A DNA stretch of 64,000 bases from Oculatellaceae cyanobacterium bins.114 (GCA_033764315.1 JANRJA010000023.1:1-64000); one strand, 5' to 3'; positions 17,504-28,411 are shown, counted from the stretch's first letter. Numbers and translations: made by a program. The notes: a model not told the origin generated them from the sequence alone.

Positions 17504-19285
17504 CTACACTGACAATGCCTCATCAGTTTGGCTCACCACCGTACCGGAATAGACCAAACCTCGTTGCATATCCAGTGTCAAGATGGCTCCATCCCGAATC
17601 ACTTCGGTTGCATCTTTAACGCCCAAAATCACAGGGACTCCCAACCGCAACCCGATCACGGCTGCATGACTCGTGAGACTATCCTCTTCAGTGACGATAC
17701 CTGAGGCTTTGCGAATAGCCTCCACAAAATCGGCAGTTGTGCGGTTAGCCACCAAGATCTCACCCGGATTAAAGTTACCCACATCCATTGGGCTATGGGC
17801 AACCCTGGCGCGACCACTGACAGAGCCTTGACCAATGCCAATACCTTTCCCTAACACGGCAGTGACAACTTCAACTTTGATTAAGTCGGTAGAGCCTGAG
17901 ACGCCTTGCAGGGTTCCAGCGGTCATCACTACTAAATCGCCCTCATGCAGCATGTGCTTTTCTTGCGCTACGTTGAGAGCGGCTTGAAAGGTCTGCCCAG
18001 TCGAAGGCAAATTGAGAACGAGTAAGGGTTTGACTCCCCAAACCATCTGGAGTTGTCGGGCTACATCGACATGGGGTGTGACTGCCAGAATAGGAGTGTG
18101 GGGACGAAACTTGGAGACATTACGGGCCGTTGCTCCGGTTTTAGTCAGCGTCATAATGGCAGCCGCTTTGAGCTGTTCTGAAATGCGCCCAACTGCTTGA
18201 CTAATGGCATTGGGGATCGATCGCCCCTGAGCACTTTCCATGTTGCGGAGGGGTTGGTCTTGCTCAATCCGAACAGCGATGCGAGCCATCGTCTCGACGG
18301 CTTCTACCGGATATTTACCGACGGCTGTCTCATTCGAGAGCATCACCGCATCTGTGCCATCTAAGATGGCATTGGCTACGTCTGAGATCTCAGCCCGTGT
18401 GGGGCGAGGGTTGCCCACCATGCTATCGAGCATCTGAGTAGCCGTAATGACCGGAATTCCCAATCGATTAGCTGTCAAAATCAACCGCTTCTGCAAAATG
18501 GGCACTTCTTCAGCGGGTAGCTCAACCCCCAAGTCGCCGCGTGCCACCATAACTCCATCACAGATCGAGAGAATCGATTCCATCTGTTCGATCGCCTCGT
18601 GTTTCTCGATCTTGGCAATCACAGGTACATTCTTTCCAGCACTAGAGATCAATTCTTTGACCTCCAACACATCTTGCGGATTGCGGACAAAACTGAGTGC
18701 CACCCAATCGACGCCTTGGTCTAATCCAAAAATGAGATCGGTTCGATCTTTGTCAGTCAAGGCTTTGATAGAGAGATAAACCCCTGGAAAGTTAACCCCT
18801 TTGTTATTCGATAAAACGCCTCCAACGACCGTGCGGCAGTGAAGTTGGCGTTGAGCTTTATCTATTTTTTCGACCTTCATCTCAACCCGACCATCATCTA
18901 ATAAGATGTTGGCTCCCTCAGGCACTTCATCTGCCAGCAGGTCGTATGTCACAGCACTCATCTCTTGAGTACCCGTCATCGGAATGCTTGTCAAAATGAA
19001 GGGATCACCCTTCTGCAAAACAATGGAGCCATTCTCAAATCGCCCCAATCGAATCTTAGGACCCTGCAAGTCTTGCAAAATACCAACAGGCTGGTTGAGT
19101 TCAAACGAGAGTTGCCGAATTAGACGAATGTTGCGTTGATGGTCATCGTGGGTGCCGTGCGAGAAATTGAGACGCAGCGTAGTCGCCCCGGCTTCGATGA
19201 GTCTACGCAGAACATCTGGACTACTCGTTGCTGGACCAATAGTAGCTACTATTTTTGTTCGACGTAGAGAATTTTGCAACTGCAT
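17504..19285 (-). CDS. pyk: Pyruvate kinase with C-terminal PEP-utilising domain
   Basis: TKIVATIGPA, RLNFSHG, DLQGPKIR, MVARGDLGVE, ATQMLDSM, MLSNETAVG; C-terminal TSHAAVIG. Confidence 0.97.
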   Translation of the reverse strand: MQLQNSLRRTKIVATIGPATSSPDVLRRLIEAGATTLRLNFSHGTHDDHQRNIRLIRQLSFELNQPVGILQDLQGPKIRLGRFENGSIVLQKGDPFILTSIPMTGTQEMSAVTYDLLADEVPEGANILLDDGRVEMKVEKIDKAQRQLHCRTVVGGVLSNNKGVNFPGVYLSIKALTDKDRTDLIFGLDQGVDWVALSFVRNPQDVLEVKELISSAGKNVPVIAKIEKHEAIEQMESILSICDGVMVARGDLGVELPAEEVPILQKRLILTANRLGIPVITATQMLDSMVGNPRPTRAEISDVANAILDGTDAVMLSNETAVGKYPVEAVETMARIAVRIEQDQPLRNMESAQGRSIPNAISQAVGRISEQLKAAAIMTLTKTGATARNVSKFRPHTPILAVTPHVDVARQLQMVWGVKPLLVLNLPSTGQTFQAALNVAQEKHMLHEGDLVVMTAGTLQGVSGSTDLIKVEVVTAVLGKGIGIGQGSVSGRARVAHSPMDVGNFNPGEILVANRTTADFVEAIRKASGIVTEEDSLTSHAAVIGLRLGVPVILGVKDATEVIRDGAILTLDMQRGLVYSGTVVSQTDEALSV

Positions 19286-19815
19286 GGAGATTCCAAACGT
19301 GACGGGTTGAGGGAATAACGAGTTTAATAACTTGCGTTTAATTCAGTACTAGTAAATGGTGACGTTTTTAACAGCGAACCTGAGGTTATACGGTCAAAAC
19401 TGTCTCAGATTTAGTAATACCGTTGAATGGGTAGAAAATGAGCCAAGGTAGACAACCTATAGCAACTTTTATGTGATTTGGGTACTGTCATCATCCCACA
19501 ACTCCTTTTTCTCATCACTACAGAGTAAGCTTGTATCTTTGTAAAGAAAAAAAGGTAATTACAATAATTTTGGTTGCCGACTCAAAGGCAAGAGGGATAG
19601 TAACACGTTTTATGAGTCCTTGTATCAAGTGGAACCGAAATATTAGTTCTAAGAACACAAGAGGCACAAAGAATATCTCTCTGTGCCTGACTCATGCAGC
19701 TTGTTGAGTGCAACTTAGGGGTTAGCTTCTCAGGTGCTTAGCGCAACTGACTTTGAGCGTCTCCTGACAGCACCAGAGACGAGAGATCTGAAATAGTTGC
19801 ACGTGGGGCATTGAT

Positions 19816-20634
19816 CTACCGGAAGTTATTAGGATTCAAGCGATCAGGGTTAGATTGGGTTGAGAATCCACCTTGTAAGCGTGCTCCAGTGCCGCCATCA
19901 GCGCGGTCTAAAAACGGACGCAGATCAATGCCATTGCTGGCACGACGACGCGATGGCAAATTGAGTACTTCGCCGATGCGATCAAATAGGTCATCTTGAC
20001 CCCGACCAGAGTAGGTGTTAACCCCATCGGTTTGTTGACCACTATCGGCGACAGCTAGATTTTCAAAGACGCGATCGCGCGTAGCGACGGGGTCTTGTCC
20101 AGGGGGCACGGTCAACACAATGCGGCACCCTGAGTTGCGTTCGGTGGTGGCACAAATCACGTTGTAACCGTTCTCCGTGCCTGTGCGGAGTTCTTGCAAT
20201 CCGTCAGGTCGATAAGACTCTAAGCGACGGCTAATCTCAGCACATCGACGTTGTGGAGTCCACCCTCCACCCAGCAACGAGGGCACTGCCCAGGCATAGG
20301 CTTGATTGGGTTGGCTTTCGGGGTAATACATCACGGTATATTCCCCGTTTACGGTTTGGCAGGCAAATCGGGTACTGTCTTCAATGCGAGGGGCGGTGGA
20401 ATCGCCAGAACTTGACTGCTTGGCGGGTGAAGTATTGCCAGTGGCGATCGCAGCTAGAGCCGTTCCGCTGATCAGCAGAGTGCTTACAGACAGGCTAACT
20501 GCCGCAGCAGCAACGCGGATCACAGCCTGCCGAAATTTCCTGGAACTCGCAGGTTGGATCGGTGAAGGCAAGGTGTTAAGGTTCCTTACATGCTTAGAAC
20601 CCCCACTCAGAGAGTGAATCAACTGTGGCGACAT
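19816..20634 (-). CDS. COP23 (circadian oscillating protein) domain exported protein
   Basis: Signal-like segment, RFACQ, GGWTPQRRCAEISRRL, NGYNVIC. Confidence 0.85.
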   Translation of the reverse strand: MSPQLIHSLSGGSKHVRNLNTLPSPIQPASSRKFRQAVIRVAAAAVSLSVSTLLISGTALAAIATGNTSPAKQSSSGDSTAPRIEDSTRFACQTVNGEYTVMYYPESQPNQAYAWAVPSLLGGGWTPQRRCAEISRRLESYRPDGLQELRTGTENGYNVICATTERNSGCRIVLTVPPGQDPVATRDRVFENLAVADSGQQTDGVNTYSGRGQDDLFDRIGEVLNLPSRRRASNGIDLRPFLDRADGGTGARLQGGFSTQSNPDRLNPNNFR

Positions 20635-21228
20635 AGATGTAATCCTTTGGGAAAGGTAAATTATTGGCTGTGGGTCATCAAAACCGACGAAAAGCAGGGG
20701 AGTTGAGGAGGCATTGGCAGCAAATCTAAGATGTGTTTGAGTTTCCCTAAGACTTAGACGAAGCTCAGCCTACTTGGAGCTGGAGACGTGGCAAGCCTTG
20801 ACTTTGGCGATCACGGATGATGAGTTCGGCTTTAATATCGTCACCTCAAAACTCTTGCTATCTAATCGGACGCCGATCTACAGCACAAAGTGCCTGAAAA
20901 AGGGTGCATCAGAGGTCGTTAGGGCTATAAAAACTTTCTATCAATGGGCGATCGCGCAGTTCCATTTTTCCTAAAAATTCCTGACTTTTAGAGCTTGACT
21001 GGCTAAATCATGAGATGTTGTAAAATTTGGGGACGAAACTAAAATGGTTCATCAAAATTGTTATATTTGGCGGTTCAAGCCCTTTATCTTAGCCAGTTTG
21101 AGAAGGGTGATAGGTTTGATCAGAATTGAGTGAAAAATCACACTCATAGGTAATACTTATATTCTTTGAGCGAAATTACGGTAAAGTTTTATAACAAAAA
21201 GTTTGTGTCTCTTGCTACACTATTTTCT

Positions 21229-21371
21229 GGAATAGAGGATTGTCCAGTGAGGGCTATTCCCTTAAGAATCTGACTGCCGCTTGGGAACGCGCAGAGAGGA
21301 TTTCTTCCAGAAGAGAACACAACGTAAATCAAGATTAATCACAACTGGCTTGTAAAAAGCCAGTTTTTTTT
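21229..21371 (+). ncRNA. Candidate unannotated small RNA
   Basis: Extended -10 TGcTACACT (21213-21221), 5' hairpin GGAATAG...CTATTCC, plus-strand terminator AACTGGCTT-gtaa-AAGCCAGTT followed by a T run; no plus-strand ORF. Confidence 0.45.
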
Positions 21372-21384
21372 ACAAAAGTATTGC

Positions 21385-23745
21385 CTATCCCAGCTTTGGC
21401 AAAATTTCGGGCAATAAATGCCCTGGCAAGATTCCCAGTGCCAAGTTTTGTCCAGCTAATCCATTGGTGTTATAGATGGTTCGCATGACTTGAATGACAC
21501 AGTTCAAGGCTGTTTGTCGAAAATCAGGCTTGTGTTGCCATCCTTCAAGAGCCTGTAAATGGTGCCGTAATGCTTGTTCTAAATGGGTAATTTGAGCATT
21601 GGGTTCTAAAACAATTTTGGGATCAGAGACCAATTGATGATGGGCTAAACCCAGGTTGTTGTGAGTGGCAAAGACATCAAAGTTGAGGGGACTTGATTGT
21701 GGGTTAGTTGCCAACTTTTCAGTGGCGACTAGCGTTGCTTCGTAGGCAGCGATCGCCGCTTGCAAATAGTCAGTGCGTTGTTTGACATCCTCTTTACTGT
21801 GATTGGCTAAGTGCCAACATGCCGTCCCCAAATTATTTTGAGTTGCCGCATAAGCAACCGGAGCAGTCGCAAATGTGCGATATTGCAAGGCGATCTTATA
21901 AGCACCCAGTGCCAGCCGCAGCCAATCTTGAGGACGCTCATGTTGTGCCAAGTTCCAATAAGCTGTGCCCAAATTGTTTTGGATCATGGCATAGCTTAAC
22001 GGCTCTTGGGCCGCGTTGTAATATTGCAATGCCTCAGAGTAAGCGGCGATCGCTTGTTTCAGATAAACCTCTGGTTGTTGGTGCTGTGCCAGATTCCAAT
22101 AGGCTGTGCCCAAGTTATTTTGAGTCGAGGCATACCGCAGGGGATCATGCTCTGCTTTGCGATGGCGCAGGGCCTGCTGGTATGCCTGGATCGATCGCTG
22201 CAAGTTTTCAACTGGATCTTGATAGCGGGCTAAATCAGCATAGGCAGCACCCAGGTTGTTTTGAATCATGGGATAGGCACTGGGCTGCAACTGAAAATTG
22301 AGCTTAGTGAGTGCTAGTTGATAAGCTTGAATGCCTTGTTGTAGGTGAGCGAGAGCCTGATCAGGACTGGAAGCATAGCGAGACAGCATCCAATACAAGT
22401 TGCCCAAGTCGTTGAGCACGTCTGTCCACCAATCTGAGGTTTCATGCAACCAGACCAACACCTGTTCATAAGCCTGAATGGCTGTTGTCAGGTTTGGTGG
22501 CGACACCTCTCCTTGCTCAATGCGATCGCGGTAGAGGTTTCCTAAGATGCGATAGGCTTCAGCTAATGCAGCAGGTGGGGCTTGCTCTTGGTGCAACAAC
22601 TCAATCTGCTGTATCAACAACTCTGGCTCAGACTGCAAATCGTCAAATGCAGGGTCTAGATTGCCAATCAGTCCGGTGGGTGGCAAAGCGTCTTGGTGTG
22701 CCGTTGATGCCGTGGTTCCTGGAGGCTGAGTCCCATGAGACTTAATAGATTGAGTGGGAGGTGTTTGGGTGTTAGAGGTTTGAGTCTTAGATGCTTTGGG
22801 CTTAGGTGCTTGAGATGGAGAAACAGTTGCTGGAGGAAGGGTAGGAGCCGTCACCTTTGCCTTGACAGCGACCTGGGGAGGAGCATCCATCACTTTGACT
22901 GAGGTTGCCCCCACTGAGGTGGCAATCCGAGCAGTTTGAGTTTGCAAGACAAACGCTTCATCTTCATAAGCGGCACTATGTCCATTGCTGTCAGATTCAG
23001 GGTTTTCTTGGGCTAACTCAGGTAAGTCTTGAGTTAACAGTTTCCAGAGATGCTCTTGTGCCTGATTAGCCTCTAAGACCAGAGCGTCTTCTTCCTCCTG
23101 AGTGGTATTTGAGTCAGGTTCGGTTGTAGGGGCGGGAGTTGGGGAGGTTGATTGACTGGGGGATGCTTCCTGAACCGGGACAGGCAGTGGAGTCGGATCA
23201 CCGATAAACTCAAATACAGCACTGCGACACCGCCAAAAATCAGGTGCAGAGTCAGGCAAGGTGCGTAGCCAGGGTTGAGGCACCCACAAAATTAGGTTTG
23301 ACTCTAATATCGATAAATTCCGTTCAATTCCCTGTAGATGGGTTAAAAATAGCCGTTGAGTAGCCGCAGGCTCACGGCTCAGTTGTTCAGTGCCAACAAG
23401 CTGAAACGCCGGAATAGGAGCACGTCGATTGCCATATTGAGGAGGAGGCGATTGAGTCAACCATTGAGCCATTTGAGCGATCGGGTTGGGATCGGCCAGG
23501 TTGAGTGGCAGGGTGATTAAACGAGGATATCGAGGAGTCGGGGTTTGTTGTGGTTGGCTGGTTGGAGCTTTAGCAGCCGGGGTAAGGTCTTCAATCAGAC
23601 GAGCTGCAAGGCGATCGCGCAGGTCTAAATCATCACATACGGCGACAAAAATTTGACGACGCAAATTAAGACTCAACGCTAATCGGAGGCGTTGATACGT
23701 CTGCTGGTTGAGTCCCAAAATTTTGCGGAAGGATAGATCAGTCAC
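21385..23745 (-). CDS. Tetratricopeptide repeat protein with conserved cyanobacterial N-terminal domain and Pro/Thr-rich linker
   Basis: Repeated YAxxQNNLGTAYWNLA units; N-terminal LALSLNLRRQIFVAVCDD...APDFWRCR. Confidence 0.88.
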   Translation of the reverse strand: MTDLSFRKILGLNQQTYQRLRLALSLNLRRQIFVAVCDDLDLRDRLAARLIEDLTPAAKAPTSQPQQTPTPRYPRLITLPLNLADPNPIAQMAQWLTQSPPPQYGNRRAPIPAFQLVGTEQLSREPAATQRLFLTHLQGIERNLSILESNLILWVPQPWLRTLPDSAPDFWRCRSAVFEFIGDPTPLPVPVQEASPSQSTSPTPAPTTEPDSNTTQEEEDALVLEANQAQEHLWKLLTQDLPELAQENPESDSNGHSAAYEDEAFVLQTQTARIATSVGATSVKVMDAPPQVAVKAKVTAPTLPPATVSPSQAPKPKASKTQTSNTQTPPTQSIKSHGTQPPGTTASTAHQDALPPTGLIGNLDPAFDDLQSEPELLIQQIELLHQEQAPPAALAEAYRILGNLYRDRIEQGEVSPPNLTTAIQAYEQVLVWLHETSDWWTDVLNDLGNLYWMLSRYASSPDQALAHLQQGIQAYQLALTKLNFQLQPSAYPMIQNNLGAAYADLARYQDPVENLQRSIQAYQQALRHRKAEHDPLRYASTQNNLGTAYWNLAQHQQPEVYLKQAIAAYSEALQYYNAAQEPLSYAMIQNNLGTAYWNLAQHERPQDWLRLALGAYKIALQYRTFATAPVAYAATQNNLGTACWHLANHSKEDVKQRTDYLQAAIAAYEATLVATEKLATNPQSSPLNFDVFATHNNLGLAHHQLVSDPKIVLEPNAQITHLEQALRHHLQALEGWQHKPDFRQTALNCVIQVMRTIYNTNGLAGQNLALGILPGHLLPEILPKLG

Positions 23746-24184
23746 AGCAAGACATCACAATCGAAACGACGGAAAGCAAGGAGGATATAAACCTCTTCCA
23801 GGTCTTTCAATCTAGGTCAGGATAAGATCGCGGCTGTCCTTGTTGCTCCCTTTGTTTCTCGTCAAATATTTTTGTCAGGAAGATAGCAAAAATAGAGCGG
23901 ACCTTCAAATTGAAAGCCCCGCTCTGTATGAATTGGATGCTAGATCAATGCTGTCCCTCTAAAGCTGGAGGGAAGATCAGTCCCTCGCTTAAAGCCCAAA
24001 CCTTTTACAACAAACTGGCGTTTGATAGGAGTCCTCAATCATTGGTGAGGTTGGGGAATTGTAAGCTGTGCACCCCGTCGGAATGCATTTCTTGGAACTC
24101 ATTTAGGATTGCTATGGATTGATCAAGCTTTTATTTTGTTTACAAAAAATCAACAAATTTATAAAGAGGGTTTATAGCAGGCAA

Positions 24185-24355
24185 CTACGACACAGAAATG
24201 GCGATAAAAATTAAGCCGCCAACTAATGCCAGACCGCCGATTCCAAGGATGGTGTAAAGCGTCTTTTGTCCTTGAGTCGGGGGTTCTGCCTGGTACATCT
24301 TAGGCTCGTTTGCAAAGTTGTTTAGACGACCGCCTTCTTCTGTGGTGTAGGGCAT
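24185..24355 (-). CDS. psb34: Photosystem II assembly factor Psb34 (Ssl1498 family), 56 aa, below the ORF-track cut-off
   Basis: Manual translation MPYTTEEGGRLNNFANEPKMYQAEPPTQGQKTLYTILGIGGLALVGGLIFIAISVS*, GAGGA RBS. Confidence 0.88.
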   Translation of the reverse strand: MPYTTEEGGRLNNFANEPKMYQAEPPTQGQKTLYTILGIGGLALVGGLIFIAISVS

Positions 24356-24910
24356 GAATAAATCCTCGATAATTTATCAGTTCAATTAGGTTAGCAAAGA
24401 TTGTAACAAAAAGCTAAGTTTTTTTTACTCTCTATGAAGGAGTATTCCCATTTAGATATATTCTCTAACTGCTTTATCAGAATTGCTTCAAGAGAGCCTG
24501 TTCTTTTCTTCAGATGCTCTCATTTTTTGCCGATGTAAACTGTTGCCAATGTTGGAGCGATCGCCCCTGAGTACCTCTCTGAGTAACAGTGAACAGGTTT
24601 GGTGTGCAGGTTGCTTCACGAGTTCTTTTAAATTAACGAGGGTAAAAACTCTGAGAGTTGAGCTTTGCAATGGGTTGAAACCATCGTGCCGTCGAAATTT
24701 CATCGCTTGAGTGAGGCAACAGACAGGAGTAACCACCTCTTTAAGAGCATAAAGAAGGTATGAAAATATACCATTTCTATGGTTTTAGAAGGGGTCTAGT
24801 CGTTAGGGTAGTTTCAGGGAAATTACTGAGATCAGTGTTTAGGCAATTGAGCGATCGCGCACTGAGTTGTTTCTCATTTTTGATTAGAGAATTACCACCA
24901 GGAGGCTCAC

Positions 24911-27130
24911 ATGGCGAACATTCGGCTTGAAGCAGAAAAAATGACGCTCAACAATGCAACTGTTGAAGCCGCATCGTTTGCATCGGGTGGGTCACTCGCC
25001 AAACTGACCAGTTTGACTGGTAGCTTTAGCACGGTGTTTGCGGGCTTGACTGGTTCTTATCAAGTGGTGTTGGGCTACTACGACGAAAATGATGGGGTCG
25101 GTCAGTTAGCTGTCAATCTCAACGATACTCAACTTGATACGTGGAGACTGGATCAAGATTTAGGAAGTTCCCGGGCGGCGTCTAATACCTTTGTGCGCCG
25201 TACGATTGCGGCTAATCTGGCGATTACTCAAGGGAGTGTGATCAATATTCTGGGCACTCAAGATGCGGGTGAAAACGTTCGAGTAGACTACATTGAGTTC
25301 ATCCCGATTGTGGCGTCACCCAGTCCTGCACCTGCACCTGTACCTGCACCCTCTCCTACCCCTGCACCAACTCCGACTGCGACCCGTGTGCGCATCGAAG
25401 CAGAGTCGATGACGCGAACCAACTACGTTGTCGAGTCGGGTAGTTTTGCTTCAAATGGTCAGTTTATTAAAGTTGGCACCAGCGATGGCGGTTCGGCCAC
25501 AACCACCTTTTCAGGAGTAGCGGGTACCTATGATGTTGTGATTGGCTATTACGACGAAAATGACGGGCAATCTCAAATTACGGTTGAACGGAATGGTGGG
25601 CAACTCGATAGCTGGCAATTGACAGAAGAACTGGGTAACAGTCGTGCCAGTAGTGGAACCTTTCGGACGCGAACAGTCGCCTCTGGACTGGCGATCGCTT
25701 CTGGAGATAGCTTTAAAGTCTTGGGCACCCTGATGGGAGGAGAAGCTTCTCGCATTGACTACATTGAGTTTGTTCCGGTGACGGCATCACCCACACCATC
25801 ACCCACACCATCGCCTACACCGACCAATGCTCTAATCAATGGCACCAGCAGTAACAACACCCTCAACGGCACCTCAGCCAACAATGTTATTAATGGGTTA
25901 GCCGGAGACGATACGCTTTACGGTCAAGAGGGTGACGACACATTAGATGGTGGAGTCGGGCACGATCGCTTAGACGGTGGAGCGGGCAATGACACGGCAA
26001 CTTATGCCCAGTCCAATCGAGGAATCATTGCCAACTTAAACACGGACGTTGTTCTGACATCTTTGTTTGATGCAACAGCACAAAGTCGCATCATGCCGTT
26101 GGGTGACTCCATCACCTCTGGGCAACACACCGTTAACCCCGTTCCCGGAGCTTACCGCATTCAACTCTGGCAAAACTTTGTGACCGATGCTCTCGACGTT
26201 AACTTTGTCGGGTCTCAGGTCAATGGTGGCAGCAGCTTGGGCGATCGCGACCATGAAGGACACTCAGGTTGGACGGTCAATCAGATTCGTGACTTGGTGA
26301 ATACTGGAATTCTCAACACTTATCAACCTGATGTGATGTTGTTGATGATTGGCACCAATGACACGAGTACTGCCTCTGGCAGCACCATCATCAGTCGGGT
26401 CAGTGGGTTGATTGATCGGATTGCTACCCTTTCTCCAAATTCGATGGTGGTCGTCTCGACGATCGCCCCCATTCAAAAAAGCAGCACTCGCGACCAACGC
26501 GCCAAAGACTTTAACAGCCGCCTACCGGGGTTAGTTAGCCAAAAAGTCGCGGAAGGAAAAAATGTTTATTTTGCAAATGCAGGAGGCTCCCTTAGCACCA
26601 GTGACCTGACCTCTGATGGTTTGCATCCCAGCTCAGCAGGATATAACAAACTCGGCAATGCTTGGTATCGGGCGATCGTAGAACGGGATACGCTGACCAG
26701 CGTTGAGAACGTGATTGGGTCTAACTTTAAGGACACCCTGATCGGTGATGGCGGAGCCAATGCCTTAGAAGGAGGACGAGGAGACGACCTGTTGACTGGA
26801 GGGGGCGGTGCAGACAAATTTGTCTATAAAGCTTATCAAGATGGTGGTGACACCATTACAGACTTTGGCAGCACCGATGTCATTCAAATCTCGGCCTCAG
26901 GATTTGGGGGTGGTTTAGTGAGTGGAATCGATTTAAGCAATAATACTGTCGCTACAACGGGCATCTTTGTTAACGGCAGCACTGCCATTGGCAATAGTGC
27001 TAATTTCCTCTACAACAATGGAATCTTGAGCTTTGATATTGATGGTGTAGGAGCACAGGCAGCGATTCGATTAGCAACGCTGAGCGGTTCACCCAGTTTG
27101 AATGCTAGCCAAATTGCGATCGCCGCATAA
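24911..27130 (+). CDS. Secreted protein: two CBM-like modules, Pro linkers, RTX Ca-binding repeats, SGNH/GDSL hydrolase domain
   Basis: Duplicated RxEAExM...YYDENDG...RxDYIEF modules; GGxGxD repeats; MPLGDSIT, GHSG, GTND and DGLHP blocks. Confidence 0.88.
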   Translation: MANIRLEAEKMTLNNATVEAASFASGGSLAKLTSLTGSFSTVFAGLTGSYQVVLGYYDENDGVGQLAVNLNDTQLDTWRLDQDLGSSRAASNTFVRRTIAANLAITQGSVINILGTQDAGENVRVDYIEFIPIVASPSPAPAPVPAPSPTPAPTPTATRVRIEAESMTRTNYVVESGSFASNGQFIKVGTSDGGSATTTFSGVAGTYDVVIGYYDENDGQSQITVERNGGQLDSWQLTEELGNSRASSGTFRTRTVASGLAIASGDSFKVLGTLMGGEASRIDYIEFVPVTASPTPSPTPSPTPTNALINGTSSNNTLNGTSANNVINGLAGDDTLYGQEGDDTLDGGVGHDRLDGGAGNDTATYAQSNRGIIANLNTDVVLTSLFDATAQSRIMPLGDSITSGQHTVNPVPGAYRIQLWQNFVTDALDVNFVGSQVNGGSSLGDRDHEGHSGWTVNQIRDLVNTGILNTYQPDVMLLMIGTNDTSTASGSTIISRVSGLIDRIATLSPNSMVVVSTIAPIQKSSTRDQRAKDFNSRLPGLVSQKVAEGKNVYFANAGGSLSTSDLTSDGLHPSSAGYNKLGNAWYRAIVERDTLTSVENVIGSNFKDTLIGDGGANALEGGRGDDLLTGGGGADKFVYKAYQDGGDTITDFGSTDVIQISASGFGGGLVSGIDLSNNTVATTGIFVNGSTAIGNSANFLYNNGILSFDIDGVGAQAAIRLATLSGSPSLNASQIAIAA

Positions 27131-27214
27131 CTCAGGGTAATAGAGCAGGGTAAAAGGCCGATTGAATTTTTGATTGTGGCAGTTGCCTTAATACTCAGCA
27201 CTGATAACTCTTGC

Positions 27215-27559
27215 TCACTCTGGCAAAAACGGAAACAAATCATAGATACCGCGACGAAACTCTAGCAGAAAGATGATTTGCCGGATTTCAGGACGCAAGA
27301 GAGGGACGCGATCGCGATTTTCTAATCGAGTTTGCAGTTCAGCATATTCTGCGGCTGAGAGGGGGCGACCATCAATGGGCGATCGCGCCTCTAAAATAAT
27401 TTGGGTTCGTGCTACTTCTTCGGGCAGGTCACTGGCAGGGGGAAGAGTGACTTCAACAGGGGTAACTTCAGAGGCGATCGCCCCTTGGCTCGTGTTTATG
27501 AGTGTTATGGCGATCGTACTTCCAACCAACACCATCCAACAGCTTAGTTTACGGCTCAT
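27215..27559 (-). CDS. Conserved cyanobacterial hypothetical exported protein
   Basis: Signal-like N-terminus; DLPEEVARTQIILEARSPIDGRPLSAAEYAEL motif; lies downstream of the GST gene. Confidence 0.75.
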   Translation of the reverse strand: MSRKLSCWMVLVGSTIAITLINTSQGAIASEVTPVEVTLPPASDLPEEVARTQIILEARSPIDGRPLSAAEYAELQTRLENRDRVPLLRPEIRQIIFLLEFRRGIYDLFPFLPE

Positions 27560-27585
27560 ACCAATCTCTCGTCTCAGCATCGTTT

Positions 27586-28266
27586 TTAAGGGTTGACGGT
27601 CAGACCAGGGGGTAAAGGTTCCCCACAATAGTGATGAATCTCGGCAATGCGATCGAACAACCAGGAATAGGTGTGTCGATAGTGTGGGATCAAAGCCAGG
27701 GGACTGAGTAAAGCGGCGGCGGCAATATCTGCTGCTGTCAAGCAGTTGCCAACTAGATAAGCTTTGGATTGCCAACGGTCTCCTAAAATCTCCAATGCTT
27801 GGCTTAGGCGATCGGCAGCAAGCTGAACACGAGCCGCATTCATGCCATATTGCGATCGCACCACTTGAATCACCAACTGACTCGATAGCGATGGGTCGAT
27901 CTGCTTACCTTCACCCGCTCGATAGGCATAGTAAACAAATCGGGTAGCCGTGCCAATGCTTTCGTCTAGCCAATCTTCTAAAAACCAGACCTCACGAGCC
28001 GCTGTTTGATCCGCAGGTAGCAATGGAGGGTCAGGATGGATCGACTCTAAAAACTGCAAAATGTGAGTAGAATCCCCAATGGCATGAGGTTTGCCCTCTA
28101 ACTGGGGCAGCAAAACAGGTAGGGTTGTAGTGCCAGTTAAAGGCTTGACCCGCAAGGCGTGTAAACCTGGTGTCAGATTCTCGACCTCAAACGAGATGCC
28201 CTTGTACCGCAATGCCAAGCGAGCTTTGCGGCAATAATGCGAGGTGCTGAATTGCAATAACAGCAT
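27586..28266 (-). CDS. Glutathione S-transferase family protein
   Basis: SHYCRKARLAL, LPVL, GDSTHI, YLVGNCLTAADIA. Confidence 0.92.
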   Translation of the reverse strand: MLLLQFSTSHYCRKARLALRYKGISFEVENLTPGLHALRVKPLTGTTTLPVLLPQLEGKPHAIGDSTHILQFLESIHPDPPLLPADQTAAREVWFLEDWLDESIGTATRFVYYAYRAGEGKQIDPSLSSQLVIQVVRSQYGMNAARVQLAADRLSQALEILGDRWQSKAYLVGNCLTAADIAAAALLSPLALIPHYRHTYSWLFDRIAEIHHYCGEPLPPGLTVNP

Positions 28267-28411
28267 TTCTGAAACGAACAGCCCTGAAACAAACAACCCA
28301 CACCAGCATCCTAGCAAGAGAGCCACCCATTCAGATGAATTCAAACTCTCAAACTGCGCTTTTGTGGGTTGTTTTTAATAAATCAACGGTCTGTGCTCTA
28401 GAACAAATGGA

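Noticed and set aside
21204..21219. NtcA/CRP-like TGTG-N8-TACA
   Set aside because: Imperfect match that overlaps the -10 element of the candidate sRNA, which explains the TACA half equally well.
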